Below are positions 24,529 to 36,774 of a DNA stretch of 64,000 nt, piece by piece. The notes below the pieces were generated by a model, which was not told the DNA's origin, ran no database searches, and saw nothing but the letters and a program-made list of their open reading frames with translations. Every line of letters begins with the position of its first letter. The first letter of the stretch is position 1. Location: positions 117,802,001 to 117,866,000 of the forward strand of contig NC_086108.1 of NCBI RefSeq assembly GCF_963921235.1. Direction: 5' to 3'. Source of the DNA: Mobula hypostoma (lineage: Eukaryota). The translations under genes and the position numbers were made by a program.

Positions 24529-24733
24529 TATACACTACAGCTACTGCTCTATCTTCATCAATGTGTTCAGTCACATCCTCAAAAAATTCAGTCAGGCTCA
24601 TAAGGCACGATCTAACTTTTACAAAGCCATACTGACTATTTCTAATCATATTATACCTCTCCAAATGTTCATAAATCCTGCCTCAGGATCTTTTCCATCA
24701 ACTTACCAAGCACTGAAGTAAGACTTACTGGTC

Positions 24734-25225
24734 TTTAATTTCATTTCCCATTCCCATTCCAATATGCCCATCCATAGCCTCCTTCCACTATTGGGTTAAG
24801 GCCACACTTAGGCTGGAGGAACAACAACTTATATTCCGTTTGGGTAGCCTCCAACTTGATGGCATAAACATTGATCTCTTAAACTTCCAGTAATGCCTCC
24901 ACCTCCTCTCCTTCACCATTTCCCATTCCCTTTCCCTCTCTGATGTTATCTCTTTGCCCGCCCATTACCTCTCTGTGGTGCTCCTCCCTCCCCCTTCTTT
25001 CTTCTATGGCCTTCTGTCTCTTTCACCAATCAATTTCCTAGCTCTTTTCTTCATCCCTCGCTCTCCAAGTTTTACCTATCTCCTGGCATTTCTCTCTCTC
25101 ATACCCCCACCTTTCAAATCTACTCCTCAACTTTTTTATCCCCAGTCCCACCGAAGGGTTTCAGTGCAAAACGTCAATGATACTTTGTTCCATAGATGCT
25201 GCCTGGCCTGCTGAGTTCCTCCAGC
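24734..25225 (+). mobile_element. Penelope-like element 3' end: GIY-YIG endonuclease C-terminus, pyrimidine-rich 3'UTR, terminal repeat with decayed hammerhead
   Basis: Translation ...KATLRLEEQQLIFRLGSLQLDGINIDLLNFQ-stop (stop at 24891-24893), resembling the PLE E..I..L.(T/S)L.P.G.N tail. Followed by agtcccaccgaagggtttcagtgcaaaacgtc and catagatgctgcctggcctgctgag. Confidence 0.78.
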
Positions 25226-25291
25226 TTCAGATCTTTCAGTTTCCCCAAGTACCTGCTCTGTAGGTGGCCCCTGACACCTGGAGCTTTCACC

Positions 25292-25640
25292 AGAATCAGA
25301 ATCAGGTTTATTATCACCAGCATGTGATGTGAAATTTGTTAATTTAGCAGCAGCAGTTCAATACAATACATAATCTAGCAGAGAGAGACACCATTCCACT
25401 AGTTGGCATATCTCACTCCTGTACGCCCTCTCGTCACCACCTGAGATTCTACCAACAATGGTTGTATCATCAACAAATTTGTAGGTAGTATTTGAGCTAT
25501 GCCTAGCTACACAGTCATGTATATATAGAGAGAGTAGAGCAGTGGGCTAAGCACACTGAGGTGCGCCGGTGTTGATCATCAGCGAGGAGGATATGTTATC
25601 ACCAATCCGCATAGACTGTGGTCTTCCAGTTAGGAAGTCG
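25292..25640 (-). mobile_element. Rex1/Babar-like LINE fragments
   Basis: Tail (agaatc)2aggtttattatcacc, also seen near 10300 and 22895. RT remnant resembling YKFVDDTTIVGRI on the minus strand. Confidence 0.6.
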
Positions 25641-26089
25641 AGGAATACTTATTCAGTTCATCCACCACTGCATTATCCCCCATTACTACCTCTCCAGCAT
25701 CATTTTCCAGTGGTCCGATATCCACTCTTGCCTCTCTTTTACACATTCTGTATCTGAAAAAACTTTTGGTATCCTCTTCAACATTATTGGCTATGTGAAT
25801 TTCATATTCCATCTTTATCTTCTTCATGACTTTTTATTGCTTCTGTAGGTTTTTAAAAGCTTCCCAATCCTCTAACTTCCCCCTAATTTTTGCTCTATTA
25901 CATGCCCTCTCTTTGGCTTTTCTGTTGGCTTTGACAGCTCTTGTTTTCTTTAGAATACTTCTTCCGGATGTATGTATCCTGTGTCTCTCGAATTGTGCTG
26001 CTCTGCTGTCATCCTTACCAGTGTTCTTTTCCAAACAATTCTGGCTAACTCCTCTTATGCCTCTGTAATTCCCTTTACTCCACTGCAAC

Positions 26090-27645
26090 CCATTGCAAAC
26101 TAATGTTAATGGCCATACATTCTGATGTATAGACAGACTATCTATCTGTCAGCTTTTTCCCCAACTCAACATTAAATCAGGGGATAAATAAGCCAGAGCC
26201 CTCACAATGACTTGAGATGGATCTATAAAACCATCTGTGAGGATACACAAAAAGGAAAAATACTGCTGCTGTAAATGACTAGACACCCTCCCACCCCCCC
26301 CCCCCCAAAACCCTGTCTATCCACCAGTAGCGACAAATCTATTCCCACATCTGGAAATTTCCAATGTGGAACTCCTGACCAGGCCACTCACTGTAGGGCT
26401 AAACTGCAAATCCCCAAGACCATACTCCCTCACATATACCCTAGTTATCTGCCCAAAACATTTTCCAACTCTGCCAATATATTCCTAACAATCCATTAAA
26501 ATAGAATATACCAAATAGGATATCCCCCACCCTGCAGCAGAAGTCCAGGATGCAAGGCTCAATTTTTTCTCTCTGCAGGTCAAGAGGCATCTCACCTAGT
26601 TCAACCCCCACTGTACCTCTTGGTGTGGTCCTGACTGCTCCAGTACTGATTCTAAGTGCACCACTGTAGGTCATCCAACCCATATAAACCGAATGAGCTG
26701 CCTCCCCATAAACCATACAACCGTAGTCCAGAGAGGAGCATATTAAGATGCAATAAATTGTCAATAGAAAACTCTTAGAAGTGCCCAGTCATACCCAGCC
26801 ACAGAGTGCCTGCTTTGATTTATCCTCCAAAAATGATTCCAGGAATGAAAAGGTTACTGTATGAGGAATGTCTGACAGCTCTTGCGCTGTATTCCCTGGA
26901 GTTCAGGAGAATGAGGGGAGATCTCATAGAAACCTTTCGAACGTTAAAAGGCCTGAACAGATTAAATATGGCAAAGTTTTTTCCCATGGTTGGGGATTCT
27001 AGAACAAGAGGGCATGACTTAAGGATTGAAGGACATCCATTTAGAACTAGAAACAGAGAAATTACTTTAGTCAGAGGGTGGTAAATCTGTGGAATTTGTT
27101 GCCATGAGCCGCTGTGGAGGCCAAGTCATTGGGTGCATTTAAGGCAGAGATAGATAGGTTCTTGATTAGCCAGGGCATCAAAGTGTATGGGGAGAAGGCA
27201 GGGGAGTGGGGACAACAGGAAGAATTGGATCAGCCATGATTGAATGGCGAAGCAGACTCGATGGCCAAATAGCCGATTTCTGCTCCTATATCTTATGGTC
27301 TTATGGTCTTAAAACTTTATATGTGCTCTCCAAATCAGTCTCACATCCAGCCATAATGCCAAGTATTTCAACACGGTAAGTCTAGACAGCGAACATCCAG
27401 AAAGAGTAAGATGATTATTCAACCCATGTTTCTGAGTAAAAACCATGCATTTTGACTTAGAAACAGAACATTTAAAACCCCAGTCCAAAGACCAGTCTTC
27501 CATTGCTAATACGGCTGTTTGCACGGAACTTACCACATAGGCAGTATTATGACCCCTTTTCCTCAGAGCTCCAGGATCAGCATATAAACCCAAACCAAAC
27601 CCAGGACCAACACCATCAAAAATATCATTAATCATCAGATTAAAT
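26090..27645 (-). mobile_element. Old RNase H-bearing non-LTR retrotransposon remnant (I/Nimb-like), split by a + strand CR1 3' fragment at ~26830-27310
   Basis: MINDIF...LYAD.GAL.KRG...WGFK.SVSKS, LDYGCMVYG.A...ALRISTGAVRTTP...ELGEMPL, and a TDG..DP RNase H-like start near 26220-26245. Confidence 0.65.
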
Positions 27646-30600
27646 TATTTCTCCAGCGGTCTGAACGGGGCACGACTGCGCAAGCACATGGAGGTCAGCC
27701 AGTGAGAACAGCAGGAAGAGTTTAAAAGTGAACAAAGTTGAAAAGGTGACAGTTATTTCTTCAGCGGTTTGAATGGGGCACGACTGCGCAAGCGCATGGA
27801 GGTCAGCCAGTGAGAACAGCGGGGAGAGTTTAAAAGGAAGACAGATTCACAGAGCGGGCGTTGGAGGAGTGGGAGACACAGTAAGAAGGCTTTGGCTCAA
27901 CAGGGCTTCGGCGATAAAGGGCCGAGGTCAGGTAGGTTATCTATTTAAAATAAAGACGGAAAGTATGTGTGTGAGGCCGGTTTTCTGTGTTTGGTGTCAG
28001 ATGTCGGAGGTCCTGGAGACTCCTGGCCTCCCGGACGGCCATATCTGCACCAGGTGCGTTGAGCTGCAGCTCCTTAGAGACTGTGTTAGGGAACTGGAGC
28101 TGCAGCTCGATGACCTTTGTCTGGTCAGGGAGAGTGAGGAGGCGATAGAGAGGAGCTATAGGCAGGTAATCACCCTGGGACCACAGGAGACAGAGAAGTG
28201 GGTAACAGTCAGGAGAGGGAAGGGCAAGAAGCAGGTACTAGAGAGTACCCCAGTGGCTGTCCCCCTAAATAATAAGTACTCCTGTTTGAGTACAGTTGGG
28301 GGAGATGGCCTACGTGGGGGAAGCAACAGTGGTTGCGCCTCTGGCACAGAGTCTGGCCCTGTGGCTCAGAAGGGTAGGGAAAGGAAGAGGATGGGAGCAG
28401 TGATAGGGGCCTCTGTAGTTAGGGGGTCAGATAGGCGATTCTGTGGACGCAGGAAAGAAACGCGGATGGTAGTTTGCCTCCCAGGTGCCAGGGTCCGGGA
28501 TGTTTCTGATCGCGTCCACGATATCTTGAAGTGGGAAGGAGAACAGCCAGAGGTCGTGGTACATATTGGTACCAACGACATAGGTAGGAAAGGGGAGGAG
28601 GTTCTGAAAACAGACTACAGGGAGTTAGGAAAGAAGTTGAGAAACAGGACCTCAAAGGTAGTAATTTCAGGATTACTGCCTGTGCCACGTAACACTGAGT
28701 ATAGGAATAGAATGAGGTGGAGGATAAATGCGTGGCTGAGAGATCGGAGCAGGGGGCAGGGATTCAGATTTCTGGATCATTGGGACCTCTTCTGGGACAG
28801 GTGTAACCTGTACAAAAAGGACGGGTTACATTTGAATCTGAGGGGGACCAATATCCTGGCAGGAAGGTTTGCTAAGGCTATTGGGGAGAGTTTAAACTAG
28901 AATTGCTGGGGGTTGGGAACTGAACTAAGGTGACAGACGAAAGGGAGGTTGGCTCACAAATAGAGAAAGTTTGAAGACAGTGCGAAAGGGAGGATAGGCA
29001 GGTGATAGAGAAGGAATGCGCTCAGTCCGATGGATTAAGATGTGTCTGTTTTAATGTGAGGAGTGTCATGAATAAAGCGGATGAGCTTAGAGCATGGATC
29101 AGCACTTGGAGCTATGATGTTGTGGCCATTACAGAGACTTGGATGGCTTGGCGGGAATGGTTATTTCAAGTGCCAGGCTTTAGATGTTTCAGAAAGGACA
29201 GGGAGGGAGGCAGAAGAGGTGGGGGTGTGGCACTGCTGATCAGAGATAGTGTCACAGCTGCAGAAAAGGAGGAGGTTATGGTGTGATTGTCTACAGAGTC
29301 TCTGTGGGTGGAGGTTAGGAACAGGAAGGGGTCAATAACTTTACTGGGTGTTTTTTTTTATGGACCATCCAATAGTAACAGGGACATCAAGGAGCAGATA
29401 GGGAGACAGATTCTGGAAATGTGTAATAATAACAGGGTTATCATAGTGGGAGATTTTAATTTCCCAAATATTGATTGGCATCTCCCTAGAGCAAGGGGAT
29501 CAGATGGGGTGGAGTTTGTTAGGTGTGTTCAGGAAGGTTTCTTGACACAATATGTAGATAAGCCTACAAGAGGAGAGGCTGTACTTGATCTCATATTGAA
29601 CCTGGTCAGGTGTCAGATCTCTCAGTGGGAGAGCATTTTGGAGATAGTGATCACAATTCTATCTCCTTTACCATAGCATTGGAGAGGGATAGGAACAGAC
29701 AAGTTAGGAAAGTGTTTAATTGGAGTAAGGGGAAATATGAGGCTATCAGGCAGGAATTTGGAAGCATAAATTGGAAACAGGTGTACTCAAGGAAACGTAT
29801 GGAAGAAATGTGGCAAATGTTCAGGGGACAGATTTTCTCAAGGAAACGTACGGAAGAAATGTGGGAAATGTTCAGAGGATATTTGCGTGGCGTTCTGCGT
29901 AGGTCTGTTCCAATGAGACAGCGAAAAGATGGTAGGGTACAGGATCCATAGTGTACAAAGGCTGTTATAAATCTAATCAAGAAGAAAAGAAGGGCTTATG
30001 AAAGATTTTAAAAACCTGCGTAATGATAGAGATCTAGAAGATTATAAGGCTAGCAGGAAGGAGCTTAAGAATGAAATTAGGAGAGCCAGAAGTGGCCATG
30101 AGAAAGCCTTGGTGGGCAGGATTAAGGAAAACTCCAAAGCATTCTACAAGTATGTGAAGAGCAAGAGGATAAGACATGAGAGAATAGGACTAATCAAATG
30201 TGACAGTGGAAAAGTGTGTATGGAACCGGAGGAGATAGCAGAGGTACTTAATGAATACATTGCTTCAGTATTCACTACGGAAAAGGATCTTGACAATTGT
30301 AGGGATGACTTACAGCTGACTGAAAAGCTTAAGCATGTAGATATCACAAGAATAGGATGTGCTGGAGCTTTTGGAAAGCATCAAGTTGGATAAGTGACTG
30401 GGACCCGACGAGATGTAACCCAGTCTACTGTGGGAAGCAAGGGAGGAGATTGTTGAGCCTCTGGCGATTATCCTTGCATCATCAATGAGGACAGGATAAG
30501 TTCTGGAGGATTGGAGGGTTGTGGATGTTGTTCCCTTATTCAAGCAAGGCATTTGATAAGGTACCCTGTGTAAGGCTTATTGGGAAAGTAAGGAGACATG

Positions 30601-31657
30601 GGATCCAAGAGTGGTTGTAGATGGGTCATATTCTGCATGGAGGTCGGTGACCAGTGGTGTGACTCAGGGATCTGTTCTAGGACCTCTACTCTTTTGTGAT
30701 TTTTATAAATGACCTAGATGAGGAAGTGGAGGGATGGGTTAGTAAATTTACTGATGACAGAAAGGTTGGGGGTGTTGTGGATAGTGTGGAGGGCTGTCAG
30801 AGGTTACAGTGGGACATTGATAGGATGCAAAACTGGGCTGAGAAGCGGTAGGTGGAGTTCAACCCAGATAAATGTGAAGTGGTTAATTTTGGTAGGTCAA
30901 ATATGATGGCAGAATATAGTATTAATGGTAAGACTGTTGGCAGTGTGGAGGATCAGAGTGATCTTGGGGTCCGAGTCCATGGGATACTCCAAGCTGCTGC
31001 GCGGGTTGACTCTGTGGTTAAGAAGGAATATGGAGAATTGGCCTTCACCAATTGTGGGACTGAGTTTAAAAGCCAAGAGGTAATGTTGCAGCTATATAGG
31101 ACCCTAGTCAGACTCCACATGGAGTACTGTGCTCAGTTCTGGTCACCTCACCACAGGAGGGATATGGAAACCATAGAAAGGGTGCAGAGGAGATTTACAA
31201 GGATGTTGCCTGGATTGGGGAGAATGCCTTATGAGAATAGGTTGAGTGAACTTGGCCTTTTCTCCTTGGAGCGACGGAGGATGAGAGGTGACCTGATAGA
31301 GTCACCTCTAATGAGAGGCATTGGTCGTGTGGATAGTCAGAGGCTTTTTCCCAGGGCTGAAATGGCTCACACAAGAGGGCATAGTTTTAAGGTGCTGGGG
31401 AGTAGGTACAGAGGAGATGTCAGGGGTAAGTTTTTTACACAGAGAGTGGTGAGTGCATGGAATGGGCTTCCGGCAGTGGTGGTGGAGGCGGAAATAATAG
31501 GGTCTTTTGAGGGACTCCTGGATGGATACATGGAGCTTAGAAAAATAGAGGACTATGGGTAAGCCTAGGTAGTTCTAAGGCAAGGACATGTTCAACACAG
31601 CTTTGCAGACCGAAGGGCCTGTATTGTGCTGTAGGTTTTTTACATTTCTCTGTTTCT
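27645..31657 (+). mobile_element. Near full-length CR1 with duplicated 5'UTR unit, intact ORF1 and internally deleted ORF2
   Basis: ORF1 from ATG ~27965 to 28900 (CVWC...HICTRC, HIGTND, DGLHL). ORF2 motifs with deletions near 30545 and 30610. 3' tail near 31650. Confidence 0.9.
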
Positions 31658-32017
31658 ACCTCCGCTCCCTTCTCTGGCTCCATGCACCTGTTTCCATTCT
31701 CACTCCTGATTGGTCTTATTCTCACACGACTTACCTTCTTTCACTTCATGTAGTTGTAGAATGCCTTGGGTCCTTCCTTAATTCTGCTTGGAAGGCCTTT
31801 TCAAGCTCTCCTAATTTCATTCTTGAGCTCGTTCCTGGCTCCCTTAAAATTTTCTTGAGCTTTCAGAATACCTAGTTTCTTGAATCTTTTGTAAACTTTT
31901 CTTCTTAACTAGATTTTCTACATCCTTTGTGCATCATGGCTCTTATACCCTACCATCCTTTCCCTGCCTCAATGGAACTACCTGTGCAGAACATAAGTTT
32001 GTAACGAGAAGGTCTTG

Positions 32018-32367
32018 GACCTCCAGGTGGTCCACAGCAGGGGTGATTGATAAATTCGTGTCCTTAGGTAGAAGAAGGTGAGTAACACAGCTCTTGTTAC
32101 GTGCACATGCAGTTCAACTCTTTGAGTGAAAATGCAGAAAGTTTGAAGTTAATAACTCAGCTTCTTCTACCTTAGGCCATGAACTTATCAACCACCCCTG
32201 CTGTGGACCACTTTCTAGAGGTCTGACGCCAGCTTCTACAAAGAAGGGATCCATATACTCCACGACTGCTGGACTAAGTGTTTAAATGTAGGAAAAATAA
32301 ATGTGTTAGGTTTTCTAAAATTCACTTCTTCTACCTTAGGCTACAAACTTATCAATCACCCCTCATA
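32018..32367 (+). mobile_element. Mariner-type DNA transposon remnant/MITE with three terminal inverted repeat copies
   Basis: TIR aggggtgattgataa.ttcgtg.cct.aggtagaag at ~32039, with reverse complements at ~32160-32199 and ~32325-32363. Between the last two, FYKEGIHILHDCWTKCLNVG resembles the mariner transposase C-terminus. Confidence 0.72.
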
Positions 32368-32369
32368 CA

Positions 32370-35300
32370 ATAGTATAATCAATATAATATAGAAATACAG
32401 TTGTGTCAGCATGAGTTAATCTGTCTGATGGCCTAGTGGAAGAAGCTGTCCCAGAGCCTGTTGGTCCTGGCTTTTATGCTGCAGTACTATTTCCCAGATG
32501 GTAGCAGCTTGAACAGTTTGTGGCTGGGATGACTTGGGTTCCCAATGACCTTTTGGGCCCTTTTTACACACCGTTCTAAATGTTCTGAATAGTGGGAAGT
32601 TCACATCTACAGATGCGCTGGGCTGTCCGCACCACTCTCTGCATGGTCCTGCGATTAAGTGAGGTATAATGCACTGCCTGAGTCAGTGGTGGAGGCAGAT
32701 ACACTAGTGAAGTTTAAGAGACTTATATGGGAGGCAGGGTTTGAGGGTCGGCACAACATTGTGGACCGAAGGGCCTGTACTGTGCTGTACTATTCTATAA
32801 TTCCCATACCAAGCAGTGATACAGCCAGCCAGGATGCTCTCAAGTGTGCCCCTATGGAAAGTTCTTAGAATTTGGGGACCCACACCAAACTTCTGCTACC
32901 GTCTGAGGTGAAAGAGGCACTACACAGCCGGTACATACAGACCACGTGAGATCCTCAGTGATGTTTATGCCAGGGAACTTAAAGCTGTTCACCCTCTCAA
33001 CCCCAGATCCATTGATGTGAATAGGGGTTAGCCTGTCTCGATTCCTCCTGTAGGCCACAACCAACTCCTTTGTTTTTACGACATTGAGGTTGTCTTCTTG
33101 ACACCACTGTGTCAAGGTGATGACTTCTCTGTAGGCTGCGTCATTATTATTTGAGATTATGCCAATCAGTGTGGCGACGTCAGCAAATTGAATTAGCAGA
33201 TTGGAGCTGTGGGTGGTGACACAGTCATGGGTATACAGAGAGTAAAGAAGGCTTAGTACACAGCCTTGAGGGGCACCTGTGTTGAGAGTCAGAGGGGTGG
33301 AGGTGAAGGGAATCCACTCTTATCACCTGCTGGGGATCTGACAGGAATTCCCGGATCCAGCTACACAAGGCAGGGTGAAGGCTGAGTTCTCTGAGCTTCT
33401 TGTCGAGCCTGGAGAGAATTATGGTGTTGAATGCTGAACTCCAGTCTAAGAACAGCATTCTCACAAAAGTATCCTTCTTCTCCAGATGTGTAAGGACGGT
33501 GTGTAGAGCTGTGGCTATTGCATTTTCTGTCAATTGGTTGTGTCAGTAGGTGAATTGTAGGGGGTTCAGTTTGAGTGGAATCAGGCTGCAGATGTGCCCT
33601 TGACCAGCCTCTCAAAGCATTTGCTTATTACTGAGGTGAGTGAGACAGGACGCTTGTCATTCAGACATGTTACATTGGTCTTTTTAGGTACTGGAACAAT
33701 GGTGGATGTTTTGAAGCAGGACGGTACTGGAGGGGGAGTGATTAAAAATGTCTGTAACACACCTGCCAGTTGTAGAAACATAGAAACATAGAAAATAGGT
33801 GCAGGAGTAGGCCATTCGGCCCTTCGAGCCTGCACCGCCATTTATTATCATCATGGCTGATCATCCAACTCAGAACCCTGCACCAGCCTTCCCTCCATAC
33901 CCCCTGATCCCCGTAGCCACAAGGGCCATATCCAACTCCCTCTTAAATATAGCCAATGAACTGGCCTCAACTGTTTCCTGTGGCAGAGAATTCCACAGAT
34001 TCACCACTCTCTGTGTGAAGAAGTTTTTCCTAATCTCGGTCCTAAAAGGCTTCCCCTTTATCCTCAAACTGTGACCCCTCGTTCTGGACTTCCCCAACAT
34101 CGGGAACAATCTTCCTGCATCTAGCCTGTCCAGTCCCTTTAGGATTTAATACATTTCAATCAGATCCCCCCTCAATCTTCTAAATTCCAATGAGTACAAG
34201 CCCAGTTCATCCAGTCTTTCTTCATATGAAAGTCCTGCCATCCCAGGAATCAATCTGGTGAACCTTCTTTGTACTCCCTCTATTGCAAGGATGTCTTTCC
34301 TCAGATTAGGGGACCAAACCTGCACACAATACTCCAGGTGTGGTCTCACCAAGGTCTTGTACAACTGCAGTAGTACCTCCCTGCTCCTGTACTCGAATCC
34401 TCTCGCTATAAATGCCAGCATACCATTCGCCTTTTTCACTGCCTGCTGTACCTGCATGCCCACTTTCAATGACTGGTGTATAATGACACCCAGGTCTCGT
34501 TGCACCTCCCCCTTTCCTAATCGGCCGCCATTCAGATAATAATCTGTTTTCCTATTTTTGCCACCAAAGTGGATAACTTCACATTTATCCACATTAAATT
34601 GCATCTGCCATGAATTTGCCCACTCACCCAAACTATCCAAGTCACCCTGCATCCTCTTAGCATCCTCCTCACAGCTAACACTGCCGCCCAGCTTCGTGTC
34701 ATCCGCAAACTTGGAGATGCTGCATTTAATTCCCTCATCCAAGTCATTAATATATATTGTAAACAACTGGGGTCCCAGCACTGAACCTTGCGGTACCCCA
34801 CTAGTCACCGCCTGCCATTCTGAAAAGGTCCCGTTTATTCCCACTCTTTGCTTCCTGTCTGCTAACCAATTCTCTATCCACATCAATATCTTACCCCCAA
34901 TACCGTGTGCTTTAAGTTTGCACACTAATCTCCTGTGTGGGACCTTGTCAAAAGCCTTTTGAAAATCCAAATATACCACATCCACTGGTTCTCCCCTATC
35001 CACTCTACTAGTTACATCCTCAAAAAATTCTATGAGATTCGTCAGACATGATTTTCCTTTCACAAATCCATGCTGACTTTGTCCAATGATTTCACTGCTT
35101 TCCAAATGTGCTGTTATCACATCTTTGATAACTGACTCCAGCAGTGTCCCCACCACCGACGTTAGGCTAACCGGTCTATAATTCCCCGGTTTCTCTCTCT
35201 TTCCTTTTTTAAAATGTGGGGTTACATTAGCCACCCTCCAATCCTCAGGAACTAGTCCAGAATCTAACGAGTTTTGAAAATTTATCACTAATGCATCCAC

Positions 35301-36030
35301 TATTTCTTGGGCTACTTCCTTAAGCACTCTGGGATGCAGACCATCTGGCCCTAGGGATTTGTCTGCCTTTAATCCCTTCAATTTACCCAACACCACTTCC
35401 CTACTAACATGTATTTCGCTCAGTTCCTCCATCTCACTGGACCCTCTGTCCCCTACTATTTCTGGAAGATTATTTATGTCCTCCTTAGTGAAGACAGAAC
35501 CAAAGTAATTATTCAATTGGTCTGCCATGTCCTTGCTCCCCATAATCAATTCACATTCTGCACACATTCTGAATATCCGCCAAGGATGCCTTCTGGTCCC
35601 GCAGCCTTGCATACTTTGGCCTCAGAGATGACCAAGCTGCAGGACGCATCAGCTGTGGGTCTCCCCAGAGGCTCATCAGTGTTGGTAACATCGAATCGAG
35701 CATAAAAAAGATTTAGCTCATCTGGGAGAGAGGCAGCGATGTTGGAACCTCCACTGTGTTTAGCTTTGAAGTCTGAGATGGTGTTCAGACCTTGTCATAA
35801 GCTGCGTGTGTTGTTGGTGGAAAGTTGTGCCTGGATCTTATCCCTGTGTTATTATTTCACTACGTTGATAGCTTTGCACAGATCATAGCTGCATTCCTTG
35901 AGCTCCTGGTGATTACCGGCAACATAAGCTCTGTGTCACGCAATAAGTGCTGCTCACACAGAACTGTTGATCCAGGGTTTCTGGTTTGGATAGACCCTGA
36001 CCAGTTTCTGGGGGGACAACATCCAAAAAC
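32370..36030 (-). mobile_element. Rex1/Babar-like LINE, interrupted by CR1 insertions at 32665-32798 and 33773-35554
   Basis: [49 protein letters not shown] and LNVVKTKELVV motifs on the minus strand. Confidence 0.8.
33773..35554 (-). mobile_element. Young 5'-truncated CR1 with an uninterrupted RT core (~470 codons)
   Basis: Track ORF 34146-35612 contains all RT motifs. Tail (agaaacat)2agaaaa at the left end. Confidence 0.93.
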
Positions 36031-36049
36031 TTCCTTTTTGTGTATGAGA

Positions 36050-36760
36050 ACTCCATTCATGCAACAACAACTCAACCACCTGCATTGCTGTTCATGAGCA
36101 GAATCTGACATCTTGCATAGATCTCCTGAAACCAGACCTATGAGGGAAGTGCAGAATAAACAGTTCAACCAGTTTCCAAGTGAAGAAGCAAAGAGCTTCA
36201 AGGTTAGACAGGAAGACCTAGTACGTGATTAGTGAGAAGACAAGTGGACACCTGGTAGAATGACTACAAGAACTAGACCACTGATGTACACAGTAGTTAT
36301 TGGAGATCAAACATGGAGATGTCATGTGGACCACATAGTGGATGCTCAACCAAGAAACACACCTGAGTCAAGTGCATCCAAAAAGAAGAATACATTACAG
36401 CCACCAGACTTACCTCTCAGTGATGATCATGTCAATGACAGCAATGTGACACCATCAACCCAGAACGTTGTCTTAGAAAAGACACCTGCCAAACCTTATA
36501 ACACTCTACAGGTCCCAAAGCACTACAAAACATTGTTGTTGACAAGACACCTGCCAAGTCTGATGTCACCATACAGATCCAGAGTAGCTATACTGAAGAA
36601 ACAGAGCACCACCCAAAAAACTGAATCTTTAGAACAGTGACGTTAGTATAGACTGCTATTGTGAAAGTATGTTTATTTGGGTATGGTTTGTGAAAGGGAA
36701 TTTGAATGCTTTGTTACTTATACAGTTTTATGTTACATTAATATAAAGGAGGAAATGCAA
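36050..36760 (+). mobile_element. Gypsy/Ty3 LTR retrotransposon integrase C-terminal remnant
   Basis: PA.LFM.R...IDLLKPD and KWTPGR...PLMYTV..GDQTWRCHVDHI (GPY/F-module-like), followed by a purine-rich tract near 36745. Confidence 0.6.
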
Positions 36761-36774
36761 TGCATGGATCTATT

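Larger units (their letters stand above)
22365..24735 (-). mobile_element. Antisense CR1 fragments hosting nested insertions (Rex-like tail 22895-23095, PLE repeats, solo LTR)
   Basis: Minus-strand LVRPHLEYC and KFADDTK motifs, collinear across the interruptions. Confidence 0.75.

Noticed and set aside
29785..29880. ~40-bp tandem duplication inside CR1 ORF2
   Set aside because: Local slippage duplication in a dead copy; absent from the related copy near 41270-41310.
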